Of a DNA stretch of 64,000 bases, positions 40,468 through 53,599 are shown piece by piece. Both the position numbers and the translations under genes were made by a program. Position 1 is the first letter of the stretch, and each line of letters opens with the position of its first letter. Under the pieces are notes generated by a model. That model was not told where the DNA came from. It did not search any database and was given only the letters and a program-made list of their open reading frames with translations. Where the stretch lies: NCBI RefSeq assembly GCF_006345805.1, contig NC_042997.1:123442001-123506000 (forward strand), read 5' to 3'. Source of the DNA: Octopus sinensis (lineage: Eukaryota).

Positions 40468-41039
40468 AATTGGAGACAGACTGCACGTGCATGTGTGTAG
40501 GTGTTTGTGTGGGCAGTCATTTGCTTTAATAAGGGAATCATTGCCGAAATATACGAAGGAAGGGGAAAAGTAACAAACGTGTTCCCTAGACACAGAAACA
40601 CTGATTTCATAGTAATCTTCTATAAGGCTATATTACAATTCTATATTGAGTTATGGCTATATGAACGAATATAAATATTCCACGCATTGAATAGTCTCGT
40701 GCGAAGTAGTTCTTAATATATTAAATCAATTTCTAATCAAAAGACGATAAAATTTGTAAGTCTATCAGTAGTGCTTCGGTATATTGTAATTCGTAACACT
40801 GCTAGACGAGTAAATAAATGAAGTATATTAATAATTCATACTACATATAATTTATATACATTCTTTCCTTTTATTGTACGATTGTTGTTGGAAATTATTC
40901 CCGGCGACATAATGTATATATGTAACATATTTGTATTTAATACTGGTTAATACAATCCCAACGTAATTTCCTTCCGAACCATACCAAATACGCAATTTTT
41001 GATTATATGGCTTTCTATAGCATTATTAATGAGGTAAGG

Positions 41040-41083
<44 letters not shown>

Positions 41084-41156
41084 CCTTATATATATATAGA
41101 GAGAGAGAGAGAAAGAGAGAGAGAGATAAAAATAAATAGATAGATATATAAATATA

Positions 41157-41270
<114 letters not shown>

Positions 41271-41305
41271 GAGAGAGAGAGATAGATAGAAAGATAGATA
41301 GATAG

Positions 41306-41369
<64 letters not shown>

Positions 41370-41748
41370 GTATATTCTACGTGAGATATTAAGGAACAAC
41401 AAATGTATATATTCCAGTATATGTGACACATTGTATGAAAATGGTCTAATCTGCCTTCAAATTTTATGAATAAAAATTGAGGTTTTGCTATTCTCTGAAG
41501 CTCTTCAATGAATTATCATATTCCGTATTAAAGAATACATATATAAATGAGAGTAGATCAAAGTAACTGAATATCGAAATATATTTTCATTTGAAGTAAA
41601 AGGACAATTTTGAAATAAAAGAAAATATAACTAACTGCATTCATTCATTGTTCCTGTGTGGTGAAGATTCACTAGCAATGACAAATATTTGGTGCGTTCT
41701 CTAAAGGAACGATTTTTTTTCAGAAATATCCACACAGAAACATACATG

Positions 41749-41784
<36 letters not shown>

Positions 41785-41993
41785 TATAAGTAAAAGGGCA
41801 GGCAACAGGTTGGTCTGCCGCATACCGAAAGAATTAGAAATGGCAGTCAAAGACTGTTTACTTCCATTTCCTACAAGTGGGGGCTCCATATACGACATAA
41901 CCCTGCGATTCACATACGCAAAATCGGAGTAACAAATAAACGAAAACAATCCCTTACCGTTAATGATGAACATGTTTCTAGATCGTAGGCGAT

Positions 41994-42048
<55 letters not shown>

Positions 42049-42719
42049 TATTATATATATATATATATATGCATATATCGTAGGCGATATATATATATGC
42101 ATATATAAGAAAGATGACACAATGTAGAAAATGATATAATAATTTTATCATGAAATACATTTTGTAATGGTTATTACCGTTTTCTGTCATTTTGACTTTT
42201 TCAGCTAAGAATTAAGCAATGGTGGATATTAATTAAGAAGAAAAACAATTAAGTTGAGGAAAAAATAATTGAAATATTTTGCAAATATTTCCAGAGTCTT
42301 TAATTAGGCAGAAAGATTCGATTTATACTATGGTCCCTTTTTAGTTATATTTTATGTGAAGGGAGAATGGGTTTCCGTATTTTCCAGTGCCTTACGATAA
42401 AGAGCGATTCCTAGGTTGCCCATGACTAGGTTAGCAAAGGAGGGGGCATTCTCGTAGCCATCGCAGTCTCCGATTTCTAAGAGTAAAACAAATGTGGATA
42501 CTAATTAAGAAGAAAAACAAGTTGAAGAAAAAAATAATAGAAATGTTTCGTATATATTTCCATAGTCTTCAAATATGTAGGACATTTTCCTTTTTCCTGT
42601 CTGTCTGTTTGTCTCTCTTATCTTTTGTGACGGCTCGTAGGATAGGTAATAGTAGATTTGAAAAATTGTTTTTATGAGTGCAGGGATATATTTGGTACTA
42701 AAGTTTGATGGTTTAAACA

Positions 42720-42876
42720 GCAGCAGCCGAAGGAGGAGGTGAGGGAGAAGAAGAAAGTAGAAGAAGAAGAAGGAGGAGGAGAAGTAGAAGAAGAAGAAGT
42801 AGTAGTAGTAGTAGTAGAAGAAGAAGAAGAAGAAGAAGAAGAAGAAGAAGAAGAAGAAGAAGAAGAAGAAGAAGAA

Positions 42877-42907
<31 letters not shown>

Positions 42908-42930
42908 GAGGAGGAGGAGGAAGTGATATT
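42720..42930. repeat. (GAA)n/(GTA)n/(GGA)n compound array
   Basis: Directly visible. Source of the poly-E/S/F ORFs. Confidence 0.95.
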
Positions 42931-43844
42931 ATCAGGTAATAGCGGCTCTGCGTGGAATCTTCTGTAATGTTCAAATGACCTCAAATTGACCTGTTGTGAT
43001 TGTTGCAGTAATAGCAGTAGGAGCTGTTCCAGATAAATTCGACTGTTCTAAATGTATCTATCATTTTTAATATTGCCGTGTGTATTATGGTAAGAACTCT
43101 GTGGTATTGTCACGTGTTGTGGAAGCATTCAAATGTGGTTTATATTTTGCCATCAAATACGATTCTTTGCTAATATGCTGTATATAGGTTGCATTGTTCC
43201 TAAATTCATAGAGGGGAAATTGTTCTAACATTGGTTTGTTCATTAGTGGCGCAAGTGTTGATGTCTTTCCTTAATGTTTCTGTATTCACGTATTTGAATA
43301 TGCACGGTCATCGTCTGGTGTAGACTGCCTTTTGTTTGACCAATATATTGCTCTCAACACCCCAAGCATGTTAACACATATATCAGGTTTTCCGAAGTGC
43401 ATGTGAAGTTGTTTTTCTCTGTAAAATCTTGAGCCTCTTTCCAATCCCTTACCAAGAAAGAATACAAGACCTAACCCTAAATTCATAACCCACCTTCGAA
43501 ACAACATCGAGTGTATCCCAACAACAAAGAAATAAGAAATCACTAACCACAGGATAGACATTAAGATAAGGAGATACCAGCGTAATTTTTACTCCAACAA
43601 TCGACTTAACGACCATGCACAACAAATCCATACCACACGAAATACTCACCAACGACGGCTCTCTAAAGCACCGCATCGGAATATGAATTATAGGGACGCA
43701 CTTTCAATCTCCATCCATAAATCGTAACAGAGAACTACACAACAACAGTGGACAACAGGAAAACGCATACCGTCCTAACTATATCAATCATTGTTATACC
43801 CAGTACACAGACATGGGGATAAGAGATAGCACCAGAGATACAGG

Positions 43845-44420
43845 AGAAATCAAAAGTGATAAAAGTCATCAATTTAACACACATAGAACTAACATCAGAG
43901 CAAAACAACATACCCTTCAAAGGGCCCGCATGTATACCCACATCCACAACGTCCAAACTATAACGAAATGAAAGAAGACATTGAAGAATTCTGTTGAAAA
44001 TTAGGACTCAGCAAGGAAACAATATGACAAATAGAACGAGGACGAATTGATAACCAAAAATAGAAGTAACTACACTCAATCAAAAGGTAAGAACAACATT
44101 CTTGACCATTTCTTGTGAGCACCTCACGAATTACCCATATCAACACATACATAAATAAAAATGCAAGGTAAACTTCAGTAAGAAAGAATGCGTTGAGCTG
44201 AGCAGATTAAAGGGTGGTAAAATTATAACAATCAAAGAAAGGAGTGCAGTAGTCTTAATGGACACGGAATACTATATAACTCTAGTGATATCCATATCCG
44301 AAATCTATGCGAACAAAATATCACCAAGGTGGCCCATAACAGCTGCAATTGAAAGTAACAAGCTTGATTTAATACAACACCTTATCCTTTAAGACAAGGA
44401 TTGGCTCACATTTGTACCCT
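43845..44420 (+). mobile_element. Old PLE copy (N-terminal/DKG region), same lineage as 55775-56443
   Basis: KVINLTHIELT...RPNYNEMKEDIEEFC*KL...KNRSNYTQSKGKNNILD and NFSKKEC..ITIKE..AVVLMDT align with the 55775-56443 peptide. The ADKG codons are deleted. Confidence 0.8.
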
Positions 44421-47204
44421 TAAATATACACTTCATTAGATAAAAGATCATCAAACGCTTTTCCGTCATTGAGGGGCGAGTTTCTTCAATTGTATTAAAA
44501 ATATTGTCATCATGTCATATGCAAACAATCGATATTAAACGGTTTTAATGATAGAGTGGCTTGCTTGCGCTCCCTGGCTCTCTTATTTCTGCATTTCTTC
44601 TCCACAATATATTTTTGTTTCAATATATGTGACCAATTTCGGTACGATATTAAACTAAATTCTCCTACATTGGACAATAAAACTCAAAATTCTAAATATA
44701 TATATATATGTATGTAATGCAATGCTAAATTAACAATATTCTTTCTTTTCTCTTCTGTACTGTATCAAATATTTAAAAAATCGTATCCGTTGAGAAATAT
44801 ACAATAACATGGATAATAATTTGTACAAAACTCACCACAAGTTACATTAGAACGTATGATCATGAACTCTGATTGAAAAGAGATATCGCCATACGATATT
44901 TCAACTGAGAAATCCCGTGGGAAATGGTAGCTACAGTAAATGATTGATTGAAGTTCTTTTGCAGTTAATTAGCAAGACAGCTATCGCCCAGAAATATATT
45001 ACAGTTTAAGGAATGACAATTGAACAGATTTGAAGGTTGTATTATGGGTTTTATTAATTGGAAAAAAAGGGAAATGGGAAACAGAAATCATAAGAATGAT
45101 TGAGGTATCTTGAAAGTCATGTAAATTGTATCAAGTATATAAACATCTAGAAAGATTTCTATAGAAATAGTGAAGAGATTACTAAAGTGCTATGTAGTGG
45201 GATAACTAATAGCTGCACAGTGAAACCGAAAACAAGACAAGGAGAAAATATTATCGAAAAGTTTAGAAGCGTTCGCTATGTGGAGAGCTAGAAACCAATT
45301 AATAATATCAACACAAAATAACATAAAAACAAAACAACGATGTTTGACTAAGTATATCAGAAGATACTTTACACAAAGAAAACTAACATAACTGTTTGTT
45401 TTTATGTGCGCGAACACATACAAACACACACGCATAAAATTTCGCACACACACACATACACACACGCACAAACACATAATTATAAAAGGAAACATGAATG
45501 GAGGGAAACCAAAAGGGTAATCAAGATTCACATGAGGAGATCTTAAGAACTAAATGTGTAGACACTTAAATACAGTGAATGTGTAATGGTAATATAAAAA
45601 TGATCAAGGTGTTGAAATCTTCATAAATGGTTTCTAAATGTATTAGAAAGCTAAACAAAATGGACGAAACCTGATCATGTTATTTTATATGTATTCCATC
45701 CTTATATCTTGTGGTTCTTTATATTTCAAGCTCAAATTACGAAAGGCTGACAAAATATTTCATATAAGTACATAGAGGCATACATAACCACACGCAGAGA
45801 TAGACAAAAAGACAGACACACATACTCATACATTATATTGTATATATATGAATATATTCTATTTGTACACAACCTGGACGAAACCTGATCATGTTATTCT
45901 ATATGTAATCCATGACACACAATAAAACCACGATAATTATTTAGCTACTGCAATAAACAGAACACAAGACAATCGGCACAATTTGTCAACTCTAGTTAAT
46001 ACATATTTTTAATGTGCATAAAAGCATGTAGTTATTTATTCAAACATTATTTCCTTTTATATTTCTCTTCTACAATCAATATTTTATTATAATCTGATTT
46101 ATAATTATATTCATTAACATAATAAATTAAATGAAATTCTGTAATGTTGTTTATAAGAGACCAACATCAGAAGGAACTTACGTGAAATATGTATGCAAGA
46201 ACATAAATGTGCTGTTAACTCGATTTACCATATGCCCTCTTATACAGTACTCTCAACTAAATATATTAGCTACTGGGGACTATTGTTACTGTCTTAGTTT
46301 TATCTCAACAATTCTACTCATATTTTGCTTCTGCAGTCACAAGTTAGCATACATTCAATGGCGAATCGAAAAGACGAAATTTTTATGACTAAAAGTAAGT
46401 CTGTAGCTTCAACGTATCGATTTTGATAGAAAAGCAATAATTCTATAAACTTTTACTGTGCTAAATGTAAGCGAATCTTCTTCTATTTACGTTTAGCTTC
46501 AAGCAAAACATTTAATATCAGCGAATCTCTTAAGTAAAATTATTTATATGATAAAAGCGTCACACATTTGGATTACGTTAGTAGATGCAGAAGTTTAGTT
46601 AAGGAAACTAAAATATAAATATTGATTTCCTGACAGGGAGAGAAAAACAGAAAATCACGAAAAGGGGAAGAAAAAACAAAGATGATGTTCATGCCTTTCT
46701 CTATAGTGTTTAGGACATAAATGTTTTACAGTGTAAAATTACGTGTTGTGAAAAGAAGGCCGTTATTTTATAGTCTAAATCCGAATAACTAGAAATATCT
46801 GATCGGCAAGTTATGCTGAAGGGTTTAAGAATATTACAATTACAACAATATAAACATTTGTAAACATGTATACATATACACACTTGTGTATAGACACACA
46901 CACACATATATCTCTGTGTGTGCGTGTGTATTTACACAGTGTTTGTGGAGCACGAGGTTCTGTATATGTATGTTCTTTTTTTTATTAATTATTCAAATTC
47001 TTCATCTGAGAAGGAGTTGGTTTCTAACAAAGATACAAAGCTCCATCTTTGTGATGTAGATAACAACAATAATGTCATATTTTAAACTCAGAAAATGTCT
47101 TGCATATATTTTACTTATTTGTAATATGCTTGTCAGTTCGTTGATTATTTTTCTGAAATTCCAAGCTTATATTTTCCACGTTTTATTTCTAAAAATGCAG
47201 GTTT

Positions 47205-47607
47205 GGACTCTTTTACTCTTTTACTTGTTTCAGTATTTTGACTGCGGCCTTGCTAGAGCACCGCCTTTAGTGGAGCAAATCCACCTCATGACTTATTCTT
47301 TGTAAGCCTAGTACTTGTTCTATTGGATCCTCTTTTGCCGAACCGCTAAGTTAAGAACATTTAAACACACAAGCGATGTGGGGGGGGGGGGCAAGCAGAG
47401 ACACACAAACATATATACACACACACATATGTATATATACATATTTACGGCTGGCTTCTTTCATTCCCCATCTATCAAATCCATTCACAAGGCTTTGGTC
47501 GACTCGAGACTATAGTAGAAGACACTTGCCCAATGTGCCACGCAGTGGGACTGTACCCGGAATCATGTCGTTCGTAAGCAAGCTACCTACCACACAGCCA
47601 CTCCTGC
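47205..47607 (-). mobile_element. SINE S2, full length
   Basis: Colinear with 13565-13970. Confidence 0.88.
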
Positions 47608-48199
47608 ACCTCATCAAATCTCATCTGATTGTCTGTAGAAAACTGGGTTATAAGGTCCAATTTGCTTTTTTTATGTGGTTGATTTGGGACGTACAGATTC
47701 AAGTCATCGACATAAAAAAGATTGAAGATGCTTCTGGATCAATTTCGCTGCTCACTATGTTTTGTGAGTAGGTATGATAGCGGATTTAATGAGAGGACAA
47801 AGAGTAACGTAGAGAGGCTATCACCCTGAAAGATACCTTTTAGGTAGTGAATGCTATCCGACTCTGCTCCTTGTCACACCTATGAAGCTTTCAACAGCAC
47901 TCATGAAGTATGTATCTATGTATCTATGCATGCATGTATGTATGTATGTATGTATGTATGTATGTATGTATGTATGTATGTATGTATGTATGTATGTATG
48001 TATGTATGTATGCATGCATGCTTGTATGTATGCATGTATGCATGTAAGTTTATTTAATCGTTTAAATTCTTCTTCTGAAGAAAACAATCTCACATTTCAA
48101 ATCTGAGAAAAGTCTTGTGTATTTATAATATTCCGCTTACAGTTTGTATGTGTAATGTGATAAATCGGTTGATTTCTTTTTCTGAAAATCCAAGCTGAT

Positions 48200-48620
48200 C
48201 CAAACTGAAAGTTAGTTATTTGCTTACAAAACCAAGTGTTCCAAATATGGTTGGTACAGATGTAAAATTTTAATCCGGAAACAGAAGCTGGAGGTTTCGA
48301 ATCAGTTATCTTCTTTCTCTTTCATTTTTCAAGAGATATCCACTTCTGCAGTACAGCAAACCTCTATGACTCTTCATACTTTATATGTGTATGTCCCAAA
48401 CAACGATATCCGATCTGTTATGGTTACACTTGACAGACATTTTGATGGTAATGTTCCATCAGTCTTCCTTGTACTGGTAATTTTAATCGTATTCAATTAT
48501 TAGGGGATAGTCTATATTTATCCCAAGACATTTACTCCGAATGGCATTGTATATTGTTTTTGTGTCAACGTCATGATGCATAAGGAATTGGTAACTTGAC
48601 GAGATACTTCTGCAGCTGCT
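48200..48620 (-). mobile_element. RLE-clade LINE relic (restriction-like endonuclease domain)
   Basis: Minus strand gives SC..ISS.Y..MHHDV.TKTIYNAIR (RHD motif), KCNHNRSDIVVWD (PD motif) and LIRNLQLLFPD..F..VPTIFGTLG. Confidence 0.75.
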
Positions 48621-48764
48621 AGTAGCAGGTGGGATGTATGTATGTATGTATTTATGCTGTGTGCTCTCCAGTTGTGACGACAGGTAAGAATTCCGAAAAT
48701 TCTTACTCCTCAAACAACATAGATAAGTTTTATACAGTTATGCAGTATTTGAGGTGTACAGTGT

Positions 48765-49082
48765 GAAGGCGCGTCGCTCAGTGGTTAGAGCGTCGAGCTT
48801 ACGATCGTGAGGTTGTGAGTTCGAATACCGGACAGGGCTGCGCGTTGTGTTCTTCAGCAAGATAGTTTATTTCACGTTGCTCCAGTTCACTCAGCTGTAG
48901 AAATGAGTTGCAACGTCACATGTGCCAAGCTATATCGGCCTTTGCCTTTCCCTTGGATAACACTGGTAGCGTGAGGAGGGGAGGCCGGTATGCATAGGTG
49001 ACTGCGGGTCTTCCATAAACCCGTGCCTGGGAGGATAACCTTCTATGTGAAATCCCATGGTCAGTCATGACCGAAGGTGTCA
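48765..49082 (+). mobile_element. tRNA-derived SINE (family S4)
   Basis: A-box CGCTCAGTGGTTAGAGC and B-box GAGTTCGAATACC, followed by GTTGTGTTCTTCAGCAAGA...CAGTTCACTCAGCTGTAGAAATG, which resembles conserved SINE central domains. Confidence 0.85.
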
Positions 49083-49559
49083 GAGAGAGAGAGAGGTATA
49101 CAGTATCTCACTCGATCCATTAAATTGATATTTTCACCACAGATATACATGGGACCACAGAGGAATATGAAACGAAGTGTTTTGCAACTGGGTGTATGTA
49201 TGTGTGTTTCTGTGCGTCTGTGCGCGTGCGTGCATGTGTGTATACATGCATGTTATTCTGATAATTTACTCACTTCCAATCTATCCTCCTCTATCTTCTC
49301 TCATGCCTCTCTACGTAACTTACTTATATCCCTCAGCCACTGAACCAGTCAATATATTTCCATCAAATAATGACCACTCCCATTTTCAGTATCCCAAACC
49401 ACTCTTCCTTCTTCCTCCCACCACCACCTCTACTACTATGACTCCCCACGAGCCTCATTAATAACGGCGAACCATCAAAGTTATTTTTCGTACCCACTAC
49501 TATATCGAAATACCTCTCAACTCCTCCTTCTCATACGTTTAGATCTCTATAAAATCATT

Positions 49560-49780
49560 CCATTTTTAATCTCATTTTCGTCAACATCTCATACGTAAAA
49601 CGTCTATCCTGAAGATGGTGGCTGGTATTACCCGATGATAGAATCAAACTACAATAGTTATTTTGGACAACAAGCCCCTACCCCAGCAACAGCTTTTGGA
49701 CGCGTAAAAATTTTATTCAATCCATATCATTCCTGGTATCATTTCTATTCTGTGTAAGTTGGGCCTTTTTAGTTGTAAAC
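49560..49780 (+). mobile_element. Possible short repeat with decayed long-stem HHR (49601-49702)
   Basis: CGTC..TC-CTGAAGA-TGGT...CCCCA-GCAAC-AGCT-TTT-GGACG. The core heptamer is intact, but the GAAAC and NUH positions are mutated. Confidence 0.35.
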
Positions 49781-49951
49781 ATATATTTTTTGGTATTAAC
49801 TGTATTTAATATCTTCTGTATTTCCAAACTTTCTTATCCTTACACTTAGTTCTATACCTGCTCAAGTTTAAAACTCTTGAGCACTACGAAAGTATTCTAG
49901 ACGGGGAATATTTATCCATAACTCTCCCTCTCACTGTCCATCTCCCTCCTC

Positions 49952-50033
<82 letters not shown>

Positions 50034-50542
50034 GTGTATGTATATGTAAGATATATATAAAAATATCTGCAGATAGATAGATAGAGAGAGAGGCGGGGAG
50101 GGAGATGGGAAGGAAGAGCGCGAAAGAAAAGTAAAGAAAAAAGAAAGAAAAGAGAAAGAGAGAAAGAAAGAAAGAAAGAAAGAAAGAAAATGATAAAGAC
50201 TTTGAGAGTGGTATAGTTACACAAAAAGGCAGCTGAGAAAAGTGAGAGGGACTTATAAGTTTCTATTTCACGGACGTATTGGCTGATATAAAAGCAAACA
50301 GAACGATGCTTATGAACAACTGTCACTATGTAGGATATAATAAAGATAGATTTGACTCCATATTTCGTATTGTGTTCTATGTCAGAGGATCTTTCAGCAG
50401 TGCATAGCGAGCATCCATATTAATTGAGGAGTTACACATAGAAATGGGTACATGTGTGTGTGTGTGTGACAAATATTCCCACACATATATGTATACAAAT
50501 GTAGGTGTATAAATAAGTAAATAAATAAATTCAATAAATAAA

Positions 50543-50584
<42 letters not shown>

Positions 50585-50836
50585 CAGAACTTAATGTATG
50601 AATATGTGTGTGTGTGTCTGTCTGTCTGCCTATTTGTGTGTGTGGTCATGTATGCATCAATGTACTTATATGAAGTATTTTATCAGCCCTTCGAAATTTG
50701 AGCTGGAAATATAAGGAACCACAAGATATAAGCATGCGATTTACCGTTTCCCGTAATGCTCATATTTCATTTCAAATATTGATCCAGGTTTTTGCGGTTT
50801 TCAGCCTGTTTGTTTAACATTTTAGAGCAAACAAAT

Positions 50837-50869
<33 letters not shown>

Positions 50870-51014
50870 TATATATATTGATTCGGTTGTCTGGTAATAA
50901 AAATGCACATCAGATACTATGATGGATCTAAGGTGTAGATAAAGAAGGTGGTCAAACTCTGCATAAGAAGTAGACAACTACCATATATATATATATATAA
51001 TATATATATATATA

Positions 51015-51642
51015 CAATAATAATATTAGGGAATAAATCCAAATTTACAGGGGGAAAATTAGATTTAGGATTAAATCCAATTTTATAGTATAAATATATT
51101 ATTATATTATATTAAATTAGAGATAAAACCACTATTAGGCAAATCAAACAGAGAAAATCATAAGCCAATACATAAAATTAATTTTAAAATATGAAAGTTA
51201 AAAATAAAAAATTATTTAAATAATTTAAACTTATAAATTTTATATATATATATACAAATATATATATATATGTATGTATTTTTTTATATTCATATATTAT
51301 TTAATTAATTAATTAATTTATTTATTTATTTATTCATTTATTTATTTATTTTTATATATATATCAAAAGTATTAAAAGTTTAATAAGAGATAAAGAGTAA
51401 TACTTTTGATATATAAAAAAATAAATTAATAAATAAATTAATTAATTAATAAATAAAATAATATATAAATATAAAAATATACATACATACATATATATAT
51501 TTGTATATATGTATATAATTTATAAGTTTAAATTATTTAAATAATTTTTTATTTTTAACTTTTATATTTTTAAATTAATTTTATGTATTGGCTTATGTTT
51601 TTCACTGTTTGATTTGCCTATTAGTGGTTTTATCTCTAATTA

Positions 51643-51645
<3 letters not shown>
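51015..51645. repeat. Foldback: ~265-bp inverted arms (51114-51377 / 51395-51645) plus unmirrored 5' extension
   Basis: AATTAGAGATAAAACCACTATTAGGCAAATCAAACAG...TATCAAAAGTATT is mirrored across a ~20-nt spacer. Internal (TA)n and (ATTT)n tracts are mirrored too. Flanked by (TA)n. Confidence 0.9.
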
Positions 51646-51690
<45 letters not shown>

Positions 51691-52539
51691 TATATGTATA
51701 ACAAATATATAAAATGGGACAAGAACGCAGTCAAGAACCGGATCATCCTCGCAATTTCGGCTGATTAATCTTGAGATTGCTCCGATCTGGCCAGCCCCAA
51801 GGAAAAACTAAGCTAATAATAGTTTAAGGCCTTTGAATTGAAATCCAGCGAAGAAATCTCTTTTATTAATGCCAAAATTGAGAGATATTCCATTTAAAAA
51901 TGGAGCTTGTAGCATATTTTGTTGCGTATTTGGAGTATCAGTATGCCAATAAAAATTAAAATAAAACACGCACCGTTACAATATTGCCTGCTTTTTTTTT
52001 TACCAACTAACTACCCAGTGGTAGATCCATGTGTTGATTGTACATTCAACCAGTTGTTAGTTTTCTCTGTCGGAGTCCTTTCGTCGCAATTCACGTTCTC
52101 AACACTGTTGTGAGATATTCATAACTAAAATATGATGGTTCCACATAATATATTCTATGATATTCCAAGTTTATTAACATATATTCTCGAAATGAACATC
52201 AAGTGACAGGGAGCATAATGGTAACATACAAGAAATACTTTTGAAATATCATCTCGTCATAAATCATATTGAACTTTACTGCTAGGAACTATTTCGACAC
52301 AGGCGACAAATAAAATTGAAGTAAATACCTTAGAGACATTAGAACTAAAACAAAAACGTTCAAAACTTTCGCAGTTATTTTAGTAAGCATTCCTATACAG
52401 CAAGCGCGATATGGTTTACATGATAAAAAAAATCACAATACATACAATTCGTGGTGAAACACATACATATACGCATATACATATAGGTAAATGATTATGC
52501 ACACAACACACAAAACAGCCATTATGTTCCCCCACCATA

Positions 52540-52752
52540 AAACACTATCATGTGGACTCTGTTGAGACTAGTAAAAAGCAATTAGGAACTTTTTATTACA
52601 CTTAACTTTTAAAAATATGTGTCATAAGGTTCGTTTTTTCAAGAAGAACCGAAACGTAAAATTTTTAAGAAAATTAAAATTTATCTTATATAGTGGCGTT
52701 TTCAAACTTCTTTTTTTACAAATATATACCACTTGTATACCACTACACTTAT

Positions 52753-52760
<8 letters not shown>
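52540..52760 (+). mobile_element. Family E: inverted, diverged copy of the PLE 3' terminus with decayed HHR (52621-52662)
   Basis: Aligns with the reverse complement of 53140-53320. Reads GTCATAA-GGTTC...GAACC-GAAAC-GTA-AAAT. Confidence 0.75.
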
Positions 52761-52821
<61 letters not shown>

Positions 52822-52827
<6 letters not shown>

Positions 52828-52915
52828 TTTCCTTCTTTCCTGAGTATCCAATAATACTATATTTGTTCCACGTCCTCGCGTTGTGTTTTTTTGTGTTTTC
52901 TTGTTTGGATTAACT
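52822..52915 (+). mobile_element. Family B 3' tail fragment
   Basis: CCAATAATACTATATTTGTTCCACGTCCTCG is identical to 29832-29862. Confidence 0.8.
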
Positions 52916-52924
52916 ATATATATA

Positions 52925-53089
52925 TATAGGCGTAGGAGTGGCTGTATGGTTAGTAGCTTGCTTACGAACCACATGGTACCGGGTTCAGTCCCACTGCGTG
53001 GCAGCTTGGGCAAGTGTCTTGTACTATAGTCTCGGCCCGACCAAAAACTTGTGAGTGGATTTGGTAGACAGAAAATGAAAGAAGCCCGT

Positions 53090-53092
<3 letters not shown>
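52925..53092 (+). mobile_element. SINE S2, 5' half
   Basis: ATAGGCGTAGGAGTGGCTGTATGG...GGGTTCAGTCCCACTGCGTGGC...GAAAGAAGCCCGTTGTATATA. Confidence 0.88.
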
Positions 53093-53144
<52 letters not shown>

Positions 53145-53599
53145 TATTTATAATGAGAGTAGCTCGTATACGAGTGGGTATATATTTGTAAAAAATGAAG
53201 TTTGAAAATGTTATATTAGATAAATTTTAATTTTACATGTTTCGGTTCTTGAAATAACGAACCTTATCAAAAAATTTTGTTTATATAATAAAGAGAGTCC
53301 ATGCTATATGTTTAAAGAGTATGATGGAACAGTTCATAATTGTGACATACATTCAATAGAGTCAAATATAAAAAATCCATGTTCTTGAAAAGGCGGGGAG
53401 TTCATTGTAGATTTTACCTTGTGTTCCAATGGGAGCAACAGTAATGATTCTTGGTCGGCGTCTGCTGGCATAATTTTGGTAAATTTGTGATTGTTGGATT
53501 TATATCAGCTAAGCTGTGGGTCCTGGTCTCTGGCACTGTTCACTGACGTCATATAGTTCCAAACCAATCAAAACCCAGCCTCAACGAATATAGGCAAAA

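Noticed and set aside
48334-48476. Apparent 143-nt plus-strand exon with a strong polypyrimidine tract and an open frame
   Set aside because: The opposite strand is an RLE LINE endonuclease relic (RHD and PD motifs), which explains the sequence.
48765-48840. tRNA-like sequences here and at 12213, 26835 and the S1/S2 heads
   Set aside because: They continue into repeated SINE bodies and lack proper acceptor stems, so they are SINE heads and not tRNA genes.
51721-51815. GGCTG...CAGCC-GAAA on the minus strand of the 31698/51708 repeat family
   Set aside because: Lacks CUGANGA and a valid NUH, so it is not called a ribozyme.
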